A stretch of DNA of 54,618 bases from Girardia tigrina (taxonomy: Eukaryota), in contig MQRK01215724.1 in NCBI GenBank assembly GCA_001938485.1, positions 1 through 54,618 of the forward strand. The letters are read 5' to 3'. The position numbers and the translations under genes are program-made. Below the pieces are notes generated by a model. That model saw only the letters and a program-made list of their open reading frames with translations, did no database searches and had not been told where the DNA came from. Below, in pieces: positions 51,341 to 54,618 of the stretch. The stretch's first letter is position 1, and each line of letters begins with the position of its first letter.

Positions 51341-52187
51341 ACAAATATTCAAATCTATTTAACAATAGATCTCCAATAATTAAAAATAATACAACATTTA
51401 AGACTGAATTTATGATTCATATATGAAATTTACCCATCGAAATAAATATAAATTAAGACAAACGGAAATGAGTTGCATCTTAGAGTCACAAGAAAGAGAC
51501 ATTATTCAACAAGACAATTTTAGAGACAATAAAAACGCCACTCAAATAACGTTAGAAGTCAAATAGATAGGGGAGGAGTAACAAATTTACAAAAGAATTA
51601 TTAGATTTTATTTATTTAACAAAGTTCCTTTTTATTTTATTTTCTAGATAGTAATATTTTATAAAATAAAGGATGATAAAACGTTTGTGTCTTGTCTGAC
51701 ATTATATATGATATTATGTTTTCATATTGATCATTTAATAAATTTTTATAAAAATAAATTAATTAAAATATAAAACTAAATAAAAATAAGAATTCTAGTC
51801 GTCATGAAAATAAATAAAAATATAAAAATATATAAAAAAAATGTCTTACATTTCTCTTATCTCCAAATCGAAAATGTTAAAGAAAGTAGTTGGTCAAAGA
51901 TGAGACAAATGTTTATTTATAAGTTTTATTTGTCTGTTTCTTTTGTTTTTATTTTTGTAGGTCTCCTCAAATCGATTACATTTCAGACGGAATTTTATGA
52001 ATAACTATCAAAATAATAATTGTCTCACAGCTTACAAAATGATTATTTTGCTAAATTCGAACCTGAAGTCATGCCAAAGGACACATTCATCATTTTTATC
52101 CCATCCAGTTAACAGATCATTATATTTTAGTAATAATTTATCGAAATATTCGAATCTGACATCACAAAACTTACTTGAATTACATCC

Positions 52188-52538
52188 TAAATATAATAAA
52201 CGATAAATAAATATATAATAAGCAATTTGCAGGGTACATGTATCCTTCCGTCTTTCGAAAAAATATATATTACTAGCAATTCCAATGAAGCCGCGGGTAA
52301 ATTGCCATCCGAATAAGCTGATTTCTTACTAAATAAATTAAGCGGGCATATGAAGGTTCCTCTCACAGTTAGATCTGTAAGGCGGTAGTTCAGATGGGTT
52401 TCTAAAGGACTCGCTTCTGACTCTCCTATCGAAGCAGCATTCGGATCGACGATTGATACTTGAATTATGTTGTCTTCTGGTATCGCGTTCAGTGGTTGAT
52501 TCCCTTCTTCTGATTGTCTGGACTTTACATTTGTAATC
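52188..52538 (-). CDS. Candidate internal or terminal exon of an unknown gene
   Basis: A TAG acceptor is followed by about 116 stop-free codons (ITNVKSRQSEEGNQPLNAIPEDNII...) in a GC-richer block; no recognisable domain. Confidence 0.35.
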
Positions 52539-54618
52539 TATTTTGCATAATAAATTAAGATTTTTTTCATATTTAATTTATATTTTCATATTAATTTGAT
52601 ATTATTTCATATTAAATTATTATACTAATATAAATACATAATCTTTCATTTGAGATTGAGAAATTTTAATTTTAAAATGAAAATTTTTCATATAAATATC
52701 GAAATCGGAAAAAAATGACTTGTTCATAAATTCGGTAATTACACTATTTCAGCAAACTGTGGCTGATTACACGAATTCGGCATAACATATAAATACTTTC
52801 GGTATGTCATTTAGTTTTTATTTTTATATTTTTAATAATTCGACTTTTTTCTGTATTCCCCATTTAAATTTAATGTTATCCAATATGGATCGCCTATTTT
52901 GACCATAAGACTGATTAGATGGGTTTATTCTGTCTGAAACACCAAAATCAGTCGTCAATATATGAAATTCAGAAAAAAACTTTTTTTAAATTTTATTATC
53001 ACAATACTTTTTAATAATCTGAAACTTAAATAAAAAAGCAATGATTTTTATTGTCATCAAATATTTTTTCCACATCAAAAACTAATGAAACTACTGTTTT
53101 TTATTAAACCTGTATTATTTAAACTGATTATTAGTTTATTTTAATTTATATTTCAACTTTTATTCCAAGCATTTCGACTAAATATTGTTTTTTATTTTGA
53201 ATATAATTTGGGAAGGGTACCTCTTTTACCCTGATGGTGAATTAATATTTATACTCATTAATGTTTTTATGAAATCTTATGTTCAGTTTAATTATAAATA
53301 TTTACTAATTTTACTTTTTAATAATTAACTGTAATAAATTAATATACTATTAAGGGTGTTAATAATAATAATAAAAAATAATAAATAATTATTGATTTTT
53401 TAACTTAATTAAAAAAAAAACAAATTAAAATTACTTAGAGACGATTTTTATATTTCCGCTAATACAATACAATCATTGAAAGACGACAATTTATTTCTCC
53501 AAGTCCTGTTCATTCAAAATAATAATTGATCTCCAATTTCTGTACATTTAAAATGATAATTTATCACTTAAATTAACGAACTATTCTTACACATCCGAAA
53601 CGGAAATGTATTACTTCAATTATCTGAGAACGAAATTTAGTACAAGCATCAACTATTTCAAGAACTGCCGTATGGCGTAAATAATGGTAAGTAAATGATA
53701 ATTATTTACTTTTCCTTTAAATTTCACTATTTCCTTTTCGTAATTAATCATACCTTTTTTTATTCTTCAGCTAAATCAATATCAGTTAATATAAATACAA
53801 TAATATTTATATATTTTTCTTTTATAAAAAGTAATATACATTAAAATAAGTTTTTAAATATATCAATTTTTTTAAATGATAATATATAATTGTAAAAGAC
53901 CTAACTGAACAAACTAATTGTTAAATGAACTCTCTTAACTATATTATTATATAAATATTTAAAATGGACAAAGTAAATTATAAAAATTGAACAAGGGTGG
54001 TTCAATAATTTTTGTATGTGAGACACTAGGCAAATTTTATGTTTCAAAAAGACAAAATAGCTTAAACGGCTTTATTTTTCACAAAATTAAAACTTTTCCG
54101 AACAGCGTATTAAAACTATTCATAATATATACAATATATATATATATATATGAACTAAACTCCAATTTTTATGGAGAATATATTAATAATAAATTAAAAA
54201 TGGAAGGAATAAAAAGGAAGAAAGCATTTAAACTGACAATAATCATCAAACATTGAAAATAGCATAACTTAGTACGAAAGTTAAATAAATTATCTAACGT
54301 CAAATATTCCTTTAATTTTTTGATGAAATCTTTGAACAAATTTCATTGTGATTTGAAATTGATTGACGATAATTAATTATTCTTTTGTTATTAAAAAGTT
54401 TGATATTTTGGATTGTTGGATTGAAGGTTACAGGAATTTTGTGAAGAATGAATTGATTGACGGAGTTTCTATTTTCACGATAGTGTTTTTTGTCTCAATG
54501 TCTTTTGATTCTAGAGGTAAATAAATCCATTTCGAAAATTGGATAAAAATGTTCATGGCAATAATTGCGATGGATTTTTGTAATCAATTTTTTTAACATA
54601 TATTGATATATATATATA

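Overview
Very AT-rich eukaryotic DNA with spliceosomal-type splice signals, (TA)n and (ATT)n microsatellites and two N gaps. The window is mostly decayed transposable elements and contains no clearly intact conserved host gene; the organism cannot be determined from the sequence. Recognisable remnants include MULE, three hAT elements, piggyBac, several Tc1/mariner/pogo/IS630-like elements, Helitron/Helentron-type rolling-circle elements, two Penelope-like retroelements, an RLE-type non-LTR element, APE/RTE-type LINE fragments and Gypsy-type solo LTRs. Three signals stand out. First, a LINE is preceded by a tRNA-Glu-derived head and a compact HDV-like ribozyme fold (22499-22663, minus). Second, a 2,080-bp TG...CA element with a 4-bp TSD (26951-29030) carries the longest ORF in the window (230 aa orphan) plus structured RNA hairpins. 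Third, there is an apparently intact minimal type I hammerhead ribozyme (1813-1856). All calls come from reading motifs by eye; no database searches or folding programs were run.
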